Source of the DNA: a virus
IMG/VR virus record: IMGVR_UViG_3300008111_000005
Coordinates: 32,001 to 96,000 of that record
DNA length: 64,000 nucleotides
Reading direction: 5' to 3' (one strand)
This document shows positions 39,237-48,939 of the stretch, piece by piece. The translations under genes and the position numbers were made by a program. Within the stretch, counting starts at the first letter, position 1. Each line of letters begins with the position of its first letter. The notes under the pieces are model-generated. The model worked only from the letters and a program-made list of their open reading frames with translations. It was not told the DNA's origin and ran no database searches.

Positions 39237-40278
39237 TAGAGAACCTCGTTAGTGGAACAAATGTGGATGTTAACCACATATCGTAATTCGGGAAGTTAGA
39301 TATAACTTTACTGCGTATGAGCAACTTTGTCAAGTCCATCTTGCGTAAATCTGTCTTAGTTGTATCCAACTTATGAATAATTTTCATCTTTGCATCAGTA
39401 GAAATATTCACATCACGTAATTGCATTAATTGCATATTACGTTCTATAACATCTTTATTATCTAAAATATTTTCAATTAATTTTGGTTTCTTTTTTACAT
39501 CAGTATATTTTTGTTCTATAAAATTGTAGTCTACCATGTCGGAATTATCTAACAATTCTGGTAATAGTTTAAGAACTGTTTTTTCTCCCGCCCCACGGAT
39601 ACCATCAATATTATCACTCTTGTCACCAAGTAACGCTCGATAATGTACGAAATTATCGGGATGAACGCCGTATGCTTCTATTACGGTATTTACATCAAAC
39701 GTCTTTTTCTTAACAGGATTATATACTCTGGTAGTTTCTGTAACCATCTGCAAGAAATCTTTATCTGTTGAGTAGATAATAGATTGTCCACCTTGTGCGG
39801 TAACCATTTCCGATGCATATGCAATCACATCATCCGCTTCGATGTTGTCCATAGTAAATACCGTTACTGGTAAACACTCCAACATTTCTACCAACGTTAC
39901 CAGTTGATATTTCATATTTTCCGTTTCTTGCTGTTCGGTTGTCATATCATATTGACGATTCAACCGAGTTGGTGGTTTACGATTTGCCTTGTAGTCAGGA
40001 TAAATTTTTCTTCGTCGTTGACTACCACCCTTACCATCAAACACAATAACAACACGAGTGGGTTTAAAATCACGTATAACCGAACCAATACTTTTTAGAA
40101 ATCCAGACATTCCACCAATATGATTTCCATTGTCATCCAATGTTGGAATTGCTGCATAACTTCTAAGGAAGGTGTTCAAAGCGTCAATCAGGAGGACACG
40201 ACTGTTGTAGGTCATTCCCTCCTGATTGTTATTTTCGAAATTCATTGATGCAAAAACCTTTTGTAGATCACTCATCAT
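39202..40278 (-). CDS. 5'-3' exonuclease/RNase H (T4 rnh-like)
   Basis: LIDALN, VFDG, YKANR, EADD, DKDFLQ, GDKSDNIDG. Confidence 0.92.
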   Translation of the reverse strand: MMSDLQKVFASMNFENNNQEGMTYNSRVLLIDALNTFLRSYAAIPTLDDNGNHIGGMSGFLKSIGSVIRDFKPTRVVIVFDGKGGSQRRRKIYPDYKANRKPPTRLNRQYDMTTEQQETENMKYQLVTLVEMLECLPVTVFTMDNIEADDVIAYASEMVTAQGGQSIIYSTDKDFLQMVTETTRVYNPVKKKTFDVNTVIEAYGVHPDNFVHYRALLGDKSDNIDGIRGAGEKTVLKLLPELLDNSDMVDYNFIEQKYTDVKKKPKLIENILDNKDVIERNMQLMQLRDVNISTDAKMKIIHKLDTTKTDLRKMDLTKLLIRSKVISNFPNYDMWLTSTFVPLTRFSNGSNSSSTTKL

Positions 40279-40573
40279 TACTCTCTGCCGTCGAGTTCAT
40301 AAACCCCAATTTTTGTGCAAGTGCAATAATTTCAGTATCATTCATTGCGTTAATATCCAATCCTTCAAGTTCTTGAAGAATGGGGTCATTTGCAGTAACC
40401 GATAAGTTTGCTTCAAACGGAACTGGTACCACAGGTTGCGAAATTGCAACCTGTGGCGTCATTACATTATTGTATGACATTAGTTTCCGTCGAAGTTGTA
40501 ATTCAAACTTATCTACATCACCCGATGCGTTGGTAAATGCTTCAAGTGCAATAGATATGAATTCTTCTAACAT
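40268..40573 (-). CDS. Hypothetical protein
   Basis: 101-aa ORF in the operon chain. Confidence 0.65.
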   Translation of the reverse strand: MLEEFISIALEAFTNASGDVDKFELQLRRKLMSYNNVMTPQVAISQPVVPVPFEANLSVTANDPILQELEGLDINAMNDTEIIALAQKLGFMNSTAESNDE

Positions 40574-40576
40574 ATA

Positions 40577-41740
40577 TTAATCCAGTAAGAGTTCTTTCTT
40601 ATCTTCTTCACCAGTATCTAACGACATCGCATCTGGATCGTATTCCGTCTTGTATTTCATAATCAGTGCGTCACAAATCTTCTGGTAGATAGATTCCTTT
40701 CTATCCATATCTTCATCCAAAATCTTTGGGAAATCCTTAGACTGGAATTTCAATTCTTCACCAGTAGTGTCATCAACCAGAGTATACCATGCACCCGATT
40801 GCTTGACCAAACCATTGTCCTTCAAGACATCCAACCAGCTACCATAGTCATCAATACCACGGTCGAAGTAGATATCAAATTCCGCGACACGATGCGGTGG
40901 ACCAAGACGATTCTTTACCACTACCGCCTTTACCTTAACACCAACCACATTTTTACTTGAATCGTTGATTTTACCAATCAATGACAAACGAATACGAGTA
41001 GATGCGTGGAATGCGATAGCCTTACCACCCGAAGTAGTCCACGGGTCACTGAACGCAGGAGCGTTCATCTTCTGACGAAGTTGATTGGTAAAGACTAGTG
41101 CGATTCGCTCTCGTCCAAGAAGTCCTGTAATCTTACGCATCGCTTTGGAGATAATGATTGCTTTATCTGTTGCATATCCGTCTTTTCCAAAATCGGCTTC
41201 CATTTCTTTCTTGGTAGACGCAGCGGCAACGGAGTCAACGATAATCGTGACAAGCTTATCCTTTTCCTTACCAGTTCTAACTTTTTCAATAATGTTTGTA
41301 ATCGCATCGAAGATATCTTCTACGGTAGAAAGATGAACATATACTAGTTTATTCATATTGATACCCACCGCCTTGAAGAAGTCAGGATTGACTGCGGTTT
41401 CGGTATCAATAAGTACTGCCACACCACCACGTTTCTGCGTGTTAGCGATAAGCTGTGCACCAACCAATGACTTACCAGAACCTTCAAGACCAGTAAGTTC
41501 AGTAATACGACCGACTGCGATACCTCCATACGGACGATTGCTCACCGCAATGTCCAACATAGTTGCACCAGTAGAAATAAAATCGGTAAAGTCGGTTGGT
41601 GTTTCTTCTTGCCCATCAAGGAAATAAGCAACCTGATCGGAATCCTTATTTAACTTGTTGAGTGAGTCTGCGATGACTTGTGCCAATTCGTCACGATTTG
41701 CTGACGGCATTGGTTTCTTAGTTTTCTTTTCGGTACTCAT
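40577..41740 (-). CDS. recA: RecA/UvsX recombinase
   Basis: GRITELTGLEGSGKS, IDTE, VDSVAA, NQLR, GGKAIAFHAS, VKNR. Confidence 0.93.
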   Translation of the reverse strand: MSTEKKTKKPMPSANRDELAQVIADSLNKLNKDSDQVAYFLDGQEETPTDFTDFISTGATMLDIAVSNRPYGGIAVGRITELTGLEGSGKSLVGAQLIANTQKRGGVAVLIDTETAVNPDFFKAVGINMNKLVYVHLSTVEDIFDAITNIIEKVRTGKEKDKLVTIIVDSVAAASTKKEMEADFGKDGYATDKAIIISKAMRKITGLLGRERIALVFTNQLRQKMNAPAFSDPWTTSGGKAIAFHASTRIRLSLIGKINDSSKNVVGVKVKAVVVKNRLGPPHRVAEFDIYFDRGIDDYGSWLDVLKDNGLVKQSGAWYTLVDDTTGEELKFQSKDFPKILDEDMDRKESIYQKICDALIMKYKTEYDPDAMSLDTGEEDKKELLLD

Positions 41741-41752
41741 AATGATTACCGA

Positions 41753-42571
41753 TTAATTGTCGAATAGCTTATCAAATTCATCAAGCGCGTTCTTGACCTG
41801 TGCCGATTCAGAAATCTCTGTCTTAACGTCGAGAATTTCCGCCGTCACACTCTTAACCTCAGGACTACCCTTTGCAGGTGCGGGGGTTGGTGTTGTGCTA
41901 TCAGGATCGAGATACTTTTCCAGAACCACACGAAGTTCCTCGTACGAAGGTTCCTTGTACAGGGAGAAAATATCGGGCTGCTCAGAAAGAAGCTTCTTTG
42001 CAAGGTCCACATCAGCAACAACAGGAGTCTGATTCGGCTTCACCTTAACTGAGGTCTTAGCGAAGTTCGTGTCCGACTTTTCCTGCGGAATGTACTCTAC
42101 TACAATGTCACGACCAGCCTTCGGGTCGGTGATATCACCGTAGTCAGGGTCAGCGATGTACGAAAGAAGGTCCTGATAGACTGTCTTACCGAATGAGAAG
42201 AAACGAACACCCTTGCTCTCTTCACCACGAACGATGATAGGAACATACGTACGGAGCTTCGGACGGAAAGCACGTGACTGCGAATACGCAGCCTTCTCGG
42301 CGTCACGACCCTCACGGCGTGCATCTTCAACTAGCTTGTCTGCGAATTCCGCGATAGGGTCACGGCGCCCAAACGAAAGAGGTGAGATGTAGGTCTTATT
42401 ACCAAGATAATGGAAATAGAGCTCAATAAAGGGATTCTCACGATTCTGCACCCACGGGACGATACGGATAGTCGTCTTACCTTCGGTGGGCTTCCAAATG
42501 GATTCACTGCGGTCAGTCTGCTTAGTGAATGTGTTCAGCTTTGCCTTTAGGGCATTAAAATCCAGTGCCAT
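41753..42571 (-). CDS. Single-stranded DNA-binding protein (T4 gp32-like)
   Basis: WKPTEG...IRIVP, FGKTVY, DITDP..GRD, acidic tail DEFDKLFDN; AAGGAG RBS before ATG 42571. Confidence 0.88.
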   Translation of the reverse strand: MALDFNALKAKLNTFTKQTDRSESIWKPTEGKTTIRIVPWVQNRENPFIELYFHYLGNKTYISPLSFGRRDPIAEFADKLVEDARREGRDAEKAAYSQSRAFRPKLRTYVPIIVRGEESKGVRFFSFGKTVYQDLLSYIADPDYGDITDPKAGRDIVVEYIPQEKSDTNFAKTSVKVKPNQTPVVADVDLAKKLLSEQPDIFSLYKEPSYEELRVVLEKYLDPDSTTPTPAPAKGSPEVKSVTAEILDVKTEISESAQVKNALDEFDKLFDN

Positions 42572-42625
42572 ACTTTTACTCCTTTTAGTGTTTAGTGTTG
42601 AGAGTTTAAAACTCCTCGTCATAGT

Positions 42626-42654
42626 ATTATAACGAGGTACTGCTTATTTGTCAA
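42626..42654 (-). promoter_or_regulatory. Perfect-consensus sigma70 promoter
   Basis: TTGACA-17 nt-TATAAT. Confidence 0.85.
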
Positions 42655-42664
42655 GTAGTGATTT

Positions 42665-43066
42665 TTATAAATTAATTATATTAGAAATTTTAGTATTTAC
42701 TTTTTTCAAACGACCATATGCAGTCACCAATACAGTGTTCTGCAATTCAGACCAATCAATCTTATATGATTTATCTAATACACCACCATTCTTTTCTTCA
42801 ATTAACTTGTTAATTGCATTAATTGTGTAAATGGTATTTGTTTGTTTCTTTCTATGAACTGAAATTGTAGATTCCGGTGCTGCACCACGAACAGGTTTCG
42901 ACATATCAATGTTGTAGGTTAATATGACTTGATTTTCATCATTCACATTGTCCAACACATATACTGAATTAAATGCAAGAGTATAAACTTTCTTAATCTG
43001 TTCGATTGTTACTTCTATGTCTTTCTTTGCACAAAAAGTACAGAGTAATTGCGTTTCTGCTTTCAT
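42665..43066 (-). CDS. Conserved phage hypothetical protein
   Basis: QLLCTF...HRKKQTNTIYTINA.N motif. Confidence 0.75.
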   Translation of the reverse strand: MKAETQLLCTFCAKKDIEVTIEQIKKVYTLAFNSVYVLDNVNDENQVILTYNIDMSKPVRGAAPESTISVHRKKQTNTIYTINAINKLIEEKNGGVLDKSYKIDWSELQNTVLVTAYGRLKKVNTKISNIINL

Positions 43067-43137
43067 AATATAAACTCATTAGGGTAAAGCTTTCCAGCGT
43101 TAATCTCCTAATAAATATTATTATGTACGGTGAAACC

Positions 43138-44448
43138 TTATATTTTTATCATCTCCAACTCATCATAATTTCTACCTTTATACATTCTTGTTGGATATCC
43201 ACCTTCTTCCAACAAACTCTTGATACGGGGAAGCATAGCGGTTTCTGACCTATGTAAATCCAATAGTAATGCATCGTATGTATATAGAATTGGTTTGGTC
43301 AATTTACCTTCCAATAATTGACACACCATAGATACTTTGGACAATGCTTCTTCTGTTTCCAACCATTGTACGGAATAATTAAATACTTTGTTGGGTGAGG
43401 GTTCATCTACTATTATACGTTTTCCACTGTTTGTTTTAATAAACCCCATAACCTTATAAAAATCCCATAACTGTTCAGAGTATTTTCGTACATTATGGAA
43501 AAACTCTACTCCACCAAAATCCTCGTTCATACCATACATTAGTGCGAATGTACGCGCCTTTGACTGCTCGTACTCGTCTGGCGTCACTTCCTGCTTGCCG
43601 TAGTATTGTTGGGCGAGATAGGTGTGTACAGAACTCGTGGGCAGGTTATAATTGATTTGTGCCCCAACCAATCGAAGATGAAACGCCTCATAGTCAAATT
43701 GGATAAGTAAACCATCATCACCATATCTACTGGTAAATGCTCGTCGAGTACCATCGTTTTTATTGATTGCCGCGAAGTTAATTCCACCATACTTGTTACT
43801 TGGACGACCTGTTGATGTATAGGGATTGTACTCAGAATATATAGTATTATTGTTTATATACTTTTTCACATCACCATAATGTTCCATCAACACAGCAGAA
43901 TCAACATAAATACCAGATTTCTCAATAGTAGTTAATGTTGGTATAACTTTATTATTAACAAAATCATACCCATCTGGAATTTTATTATAAAAAGATTCTT
44001 TTAGAAACTGAGTTAGTTTGTATCCATATTCGACCCACATCATAAGTGGAACACTCAGATGTAAATTCTTAAACTGGAATTGTTGCAACATTCTGGTGAT
44101 AATCGGGGTATAGTATTCTCGTATTTCGGGAATGACTTTACTGGATAGATGTAGTATTGTTGCAACATCATGCACACGTTCCTGCGGGATGTTGAACGTG
44201 TGAAGAATTTCTCTTTTATAAAGTGTGATTACTTTAAATGCACGTTCCAATGAAATGGACATTGGTATTGCGTCGGGATGATTAAATGGAACGCAGTAGT
44301 AATCTTTATCAATAAGAATGTGAAGTGACGAGATGGTATTTATTGCGGGATGTGAGTGTTGATCGACAAAAATAGGCACCACGACTGATGCCTCAGTTTC
44401 AATTCTGTTTTGTAGTTTTTGTAACTCCGTAACCGATTGAACGACCAT
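43138..44448 (-). CDS. Divergent, short family A DNA polymerase-like protein
   Basis: TSTGRPS, DYEAFHLR (motif A), K..TF..MYG (motif B), YTYDALL (motif C). Confidence 0.75.
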   Translation of the reverse strand: MVVQSVTELQKLQNRIETEASVVVPIFVDQHSHPAINTISSLHILIDKDYYCVPFNHPDAIPMSISLERAFKVITLYKREILHTFNIPQERVHDVATILHLSSKVIPEIREYYTPIITRMLQQFQFKNLHLSVPLMMWVEYGYKLTQFLKESFYNKIPDGYDFVNNKVIPTLTTIEKSGIYVDSAVLMEHYGDVKKYINNNTIYSEYNPYTSTGRPSNKYGGINFAAINKNDGTRRAFTSRYGDDGLLIQFDYEAFHLRLVGAQINYNLPTSSVHTYLAQQYYGKQEVTPDEYEQSKARTFALMYGMNEDFGGVEFFHNVRKYSEQLWDFYKVMGFIKTNSGKRIIVDEPSPNKVFNYSVQWLETEEALSKVSMVCQLLEGKLTKPILYTYDALLLDLHRSETAMLPRIKSLLEEGGYPTRMYKGRNYDELEMIKI

Positions 44449-44862
44449 TTACTCCCCCGACCAAAACTCCATATAGTTTCGTAAGTGATTCGTGATACCA
44501 GGTAACTTTTCCTCTGCAAGCGATAAAAGTTCTTTGTTTTGGCTAATCACTCCCTTGATTAATATATTGTCCCCACTTGGCAAAGTCAAGATGGTATCTT
44601 CCAATTTACCACGTATTATCCAATCAATGGTAGTTTTTCTAAATAAGTTATTATCTTCAATAGCTGCGTACTGCCCACCATCCAATTCATATATCAAACC
44701 ATTACGTTGCGCAGTATACTTGGCAAAATATCGTGGTTTGACACGTTTATCAATATCTTCTTGTGTAAGTGTAGGAATAACATTTTGTATACTGGCAAGC
44801 AAGGTTTTCTTTACATCCGTGTTTCCTAGTATGTCAAATAATCCAGTAGGTATACTATCCAT
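44449..44862 (-). CDS. Hypothetical protein, probably baseplate-associated
   Basis: Last gene of the tail module. Confidence 0.6.
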   Translation of the reverse strand: MDSIPTGLFDILGNTDVKKTLLASIQNVIPTLTQEDIDKRVKPRYFAKYTAQRNGLIYELDGGQYAAIEDNNLFRKTTIDWIIRGKLEDTILTLPSGDNILIKGVISQNKELLSLAEEKLPGITNHLRNYMEFWSGE

Positions 44863-44875
44863 AAATTATTTACGG

Positions 44876-46171
44876 TTAAGTTTGATTTCTAAAATACGGT
44901 GCCATAATATTAAATGGTATGATATTCAATCTAGCATAAATATTAGTTGTCCATCCTCTATCCATTGTAATAGTTTCTGTAAGACCGAATACTTGGAAAG
45001 CGCCTATCTTTTTGTATTGCTCAGAAATTCTATCCACCCAAAATATCTGTCCAATACTAAATCCTGCTACACCAGGTATGGTTAATTCTACCGTTGTTGC
45101 TAGTTTACCAGGTGCTCTCCATGCATGAGGATTTGCGGGAGTTATAGTATTAATACCCAGCTTACCACTCGGCATTTCCGTTTCCGATGCCATTTCTTCT
45201 CGCATTCTATCTGGAAAGAATTCAAATAAATTTTGTGCCACGAGGAAATATTGTTCCGATGGAATGAAATTACCAATGTTGGTTATAATATTTTGCGTCT
45301 GTTGTCTATATTCCGTAAGTGCCTGATCTGTGTTATCCAGTAATGCCAGTTCACCAGCCAGTTGTTGTTCATTAATAATGACTTGATTTAACGCAATACG
45401 ATTTTTTAAGTCTTGTAAAAATGTAATGGTACTAGGTGTAGTTGCACCACCTGCATTTGTATATGCTGACCGTGGAGCGGATGGAACTGTTAATAGTTTT
45501 AATATTTCATCATCATTTATTGGTGTGACGTATGTTGTTCGTTCATAATCACTAACACTTAAAAAAGTTCCCGATGTAACAGTGTATGATGGTATACTTA
45601 ATCCAACAGTCGTATAATAATTTTGAAGTAACGGTAATGCAGCGTCATTGTTATCTTTCAACCTGCCATCGTTCCATTTCGAACGTTCTGTATTTACTGT
45701 ATCTACGATAGTTGTAACTTTATCTTGTGGTGGACGTAAAATAACAAATGGTATTGCTCGTTTATCTTGTAATGACGTTGAGGTAATTCCACCATTTACC
45801 AATGTTAAATTATTATTGAATCCAACCGTGTCCGATAAATTTCCACCAATAATTCTTGCACTCGTAGGACTTACAGATACAACGATATCACCGTGCGAAA
45901 CACCAGTCCAAGAAGTTGTCTGTGTATATGTTTGGGTGTTCCATACGTTATTTTCACTTCTGTTTGCTACTACTATATCGCCAACTTGTAGTTTGGAGTT
46001 GAGAGGATTTAATACTTGAAATCCTCTACTATTTCGTCGTAAGTCTTGTGCGTACGCCGTATGAGAAGTTCTCGCAGGAAAATCAACACCGGCAGTTTTC
46101 ATAACATAACTTATGAACGCTGCACTCCACGCTGTATTATTGATAAATGTTTGTTGTGATGTTGTTGGCAT
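44876..46171 (-). CDS. Tail/baseplate protein with DUF2272 (CHAP-like) cell-wall hydrolase domain
   Basis: AWSAAFISYVM, GDIVV, SHGDIVV, IGGNLSDTV; C-terminal hub-like LTIPGVAG...F.V...GWTT. Confidence 0.7.
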   Translation of the reverse strand: MPTTSQQTFINNTAWSAAFISYVMKTAGVDFPARTSHTAYAQDLRRNSRGFQVLNPLNSKLQVGDIVVANRSENNVWNTQTYTQTTSWTGVSHGDIVVSVSPTSARIIGGNLSDTVGFNNNLTLVNGGITSTSLQDKRAIPFVILRPPQDKVTTIVDTVNTERSKWNDGRLKDNNDAALPLLQNYYTTVGLSIPSYTVTSGTFLSVSDYERTTYVTPINDDEILKLLTVPSAPRSAYTNAGGATTPSTITFLQDLKNRIALNQVIINEQQLAGELALLDNTDQALTEYRQQTQNIITNIGNFIPSEQYFLVAQNLFEFFPDRMREEMASETEMPSGKLGINTITPANPHAWRAPGKLATTVELTIPGVAGFSIGQIFWVDRISEQYKKIGAFQVFGLTETITMDRGWTTNIYARLNIIPFNIMAPYFRNQT

Positions 46172-48657
46172 TATCGTATCTTACTATTTACAATGTTTAC
46201 TAAATTAGCTTGCGACTGCGTTATTTTGTCTACCACTTTTTTCTTTCTCTCATCGGTAAATAATGCCTTGTTAATTCCCGTCGTACTGGTGGCATCTGCA
46301 GCAAATCCAGGTCTTGCTCTACTTTGCGTACTTCCTCCCGATGCTTGTGTATCATACGCGGATACGAATTTATCAAGTTCATCTTTCTTGAAGTTATTAA
46401 TCAATGATACCGTGCGTGCAGCAAATATTTTTTTCAATGCGGTTAATTGTTGCGGTGTTAGTTTTGGATTGAGAGTATTTAATTCTTGATTAATTGCAGC
46501 AGCTTCGGCGGTAGTTAACAAATTTTTGTTTGCAAACAATCGTTTTAAAATACTTTCAATTGGTGCTGGTATGTTAGTTGCTCCAAATCCAGCTTCGTTC
46601 AAACTATTTTGTACAACACTACTTAATCCAGAAAATTGTGTTTGTTTTAAATTTGCGTCAATAAATGCACTGACCGTGGCTCCCGTTGCTGCGGCTGATG
46701 CCTGTGCCTGTGGTTGTGTCTGTCTGGTTTGTTGTACATCCACTGTTGGTGAAAATATGTCATCAACTACTCGTGCCCGAACAAAGTCTGTTTCTCGTCG
46801 TTCTGGTGAACTTACGTTATTATTTAATGCCGATATAGCTAATTGTGAAAACACCGCTTTCGGATAATCGGTTTTAACTTCAACATTAAGAACATCTGGT
46901 CCGATTGTATCCTCATCCAAACTACTTAATTTTTTATTGAATGTATATATTGGTTGCGTTCTATTTCCAGCTTGTGGTCTACGTACATTATCATCCAATA
47001 TACGGAACCCTGCAACATCGTCGTCAAAGAAAAGTTTTAAATCCCAGTAGTTTTCAGTTGCGGAATTCATATTTCGTAATAGTGTTTCGAATCCATCCAT
47101 CCACGTTCTTGCATTTAAAAACGCATTCTGTACTGCTTTACTGTTTACGAATACACCACTGGATAATGGGATAGCATCACTAACTCTTCCAACTGATTGA
47201 AATTGCGAAACATTTAATTTACTAAATACTTGATTTACCCCACCCACTTGGGTACCTGCGGCAGCATTAACATCATTAAATCTATTGGATGCTGATCCAG
47301 ATTCAATCTTACCCAATACAGAGGTTTTAAGTGTATAATCACGACTATTGGAATTACTTTTATTAATCTTGTCTAGATTATAGATAATCATTGTAGCCGG
47401 TTGTGTAGATCGTAAATCTTTATGGAATCCAATATATGTATCTGCCGCTTTATTGATTAAAAACGGTAGTTTATCTGTTGGTTTAATTCCGCTATTTACA
47501 ATTTTGAGTAAACCGTCATTTACATCGTTTATGAAATAATCAATGAAAAAATCAAATCGAATGAAAAATGTATCTTCGAATCCAAGGTCATTAGTTACGT
47601 TGAGTGTCTGTGATGTAGGCAATGCATCCTTGATAGCTTTGACATCATCTGGATCGTTAAATTGTAACACCGCCAATGCCTTTACATCACTTGGAGGTAA
47701 TGCTGCGATTTCGTGTAGTAATTTAGAAAACTTTCCATTCAATTTAAAATATTGATTTATGGAAGTATTATCTTGATTACCTGTTTGTCCAGAAGTTAGT
47801 GGATTATTTGTTGCGTATGCCGACACATACATAATATTATCCGCTTGACCGAACGCAGTAATTGTTACTTTGTATACATTATTTTCTAATGTTGTTTTTA
47901 CATTGGCGATTCGTGCTACGGAAAAATCATAGTTGAAATTATTTGGCTTACACCATTCTTCTATTATCTTTGTTCTTGATGTTTTATTAAAATCACGAAT
48001 GACTTGTAAATCTCTATTGTTCTTAAAATCTAAAATCTTCGTTAGTGATTTTGTACCAGTTGGTGTTGTAGATACTGATCCCCATTCAAGTATAGCTGTC
48101 ATTCCAGGTACAAATGATAATATCTCCAACAATTCCAATTGTTGTTGGGTATAACAACTTACTTCAAGTGTAAATTTTAATACATTACCATTTCGTGTAC
48201 GTTCTATTCTTGCACTTGTAATACCAGGTGGTGGAAAATTCTTATTGGATTCTCTTCCCCCCTCTGTTACTAATGTAGGTAAGGTTCCTCTACCCCCTGT
48301 GTTTGCTAACGTATACGAGCTATCTTGTTGTACATGTGTGTACACTAATTTCTGTTCACCGGTATTATATGTTGTTCCGATAACCAATCCATTATTTGCA
48401 GCTGTACCGTACAGGTCGGACGTAGAATAATTTAAATTATCCCACCCATGCAATCCCAACGTAAATAAACGATATCCTTTGTAAATTGAGTATCTTGTGC
48501 CCAATCTAGCTTCCAGATCAGACATATCGGCACCAGTAGTAAATCGTAAAAACGGAGCACGTGTACGTACTAGTTCTTTTGAACGAGAACGTTTATTTAA
48601 TTCCGTTTGTAAATCTTCTCGAAAAACATTTAGTGTTTCTACTGGGTTTATTGACAT
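46171..48657 (-). CDS. Baseplate hub/tail structural protein
   Basis: 828 aa; PPPGITS, PG.T.ILEWG; between the LysM-like and hydrolase genes. Confidence 0.6.
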   Translation of the reverse strand: MSINPVETLNVFREDLQTELNKRSRSKELVRTRAPFLRFTTGADMSDLEARLGTRYSIYKGYRLFTLGLHGWDNLNYSTSDLYGTAANNGLVIGTTYNTGEQKLVYTHVQQDSSYTLANTGGRGTLPTLVTEGGRESNKNFPPPGITSARIERTRNGNVLKFTLEVSCYTQQQLELLEILSFVPGMTAILEWGSVSTTPTGTKSLTKILDFKNNRDLQVIRDFNKTSRTKIIEEWCKPNNFNYDFSVARIANVKTTLENNVYKVTITAFGQADNIMYVSAYATNNPLTSGQTGNQDNTSINQYFKLNGKFSKLLHEIAALPPSDVKALAVLQFNDPDDVKAIKDALPTSQTLNVTNDLGFEDTFFIRFDFFIDYFINDVNDGLLKIVNSGIKPTDKLPFLINKAADTYIGFHKDLRSTQPATMIIYNLDKINKSNSNSRDYTLKTSVLGKIESGSASNRFNDVNAAAGTQVGGVNQVFSKLNVSQFQSVGRVSDAIPLSSGVFVNSKAVQNAFLNARTWMDGFETLLRNMNSATENYWDLKLFFDDDVAGFRILDDNVRRPQAGNRTQPIYTFNKKLSSLDEDTIGPDVLNVEVKTDYPKAVFSQLAISALNNNVSSPERRETDFVRARVVDDIFSPTVDVQQTRQTQPQAQASAAATGATVSAFIDANLKQTQFSGLSSVVQNSLNEAGFGATNIPAPIESILKRLFANKNLLTTAEAAAINQELNTLNPKLTPQQLTALKKIFAARTVSLINNFKKDELDKFVSAYDTQASGGSTQSRARPGFAADATSTTGINKALFTDERKKKVVDKITQSQANLVNIVNSKIR

Positions 48658-48660
48658 AAA

Positions 48661-48933
48661 TTATAGTAACCCTGCTGATGGAATAATAAGTTCAATACCG
48701 CCAGGAATGAAAACAGTTCCATTGACATATCCGTTGGCTTTGGCAATAATCCACCACTTAGATGCGTCTTTATAATATCGTGTTGCCAACGAATCAAAAC
48801 GATCACCATCTTGCGTTACAACTTTAAATTGAAACGCATCGGGAGTAATTGGGGACGGTAGTATAGTGGTATAATACTGTACCCCCTTATCAGTTTTTTC
48901 AATTTCTAAGTTAGTAGTATATCGTGATAACAT
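48661..48933 (-). CDS. LysM/gpX-like baseplate wedge protein
   Basis: GDRFDSLA.RYY.D...WWIIAKAN...G..L.IP. Confidence 0.8.
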   Translation of the reverse strand: MLSRYTTNLEIEKTDKGVQYYTTILPSPITPDAFQFKVVTQDGDRFDSLATRYYKDASKWWIIAKANGYVNGTVFIPGGIELIIPSAGLL

Positions 48934-48939
48934 ATTATA

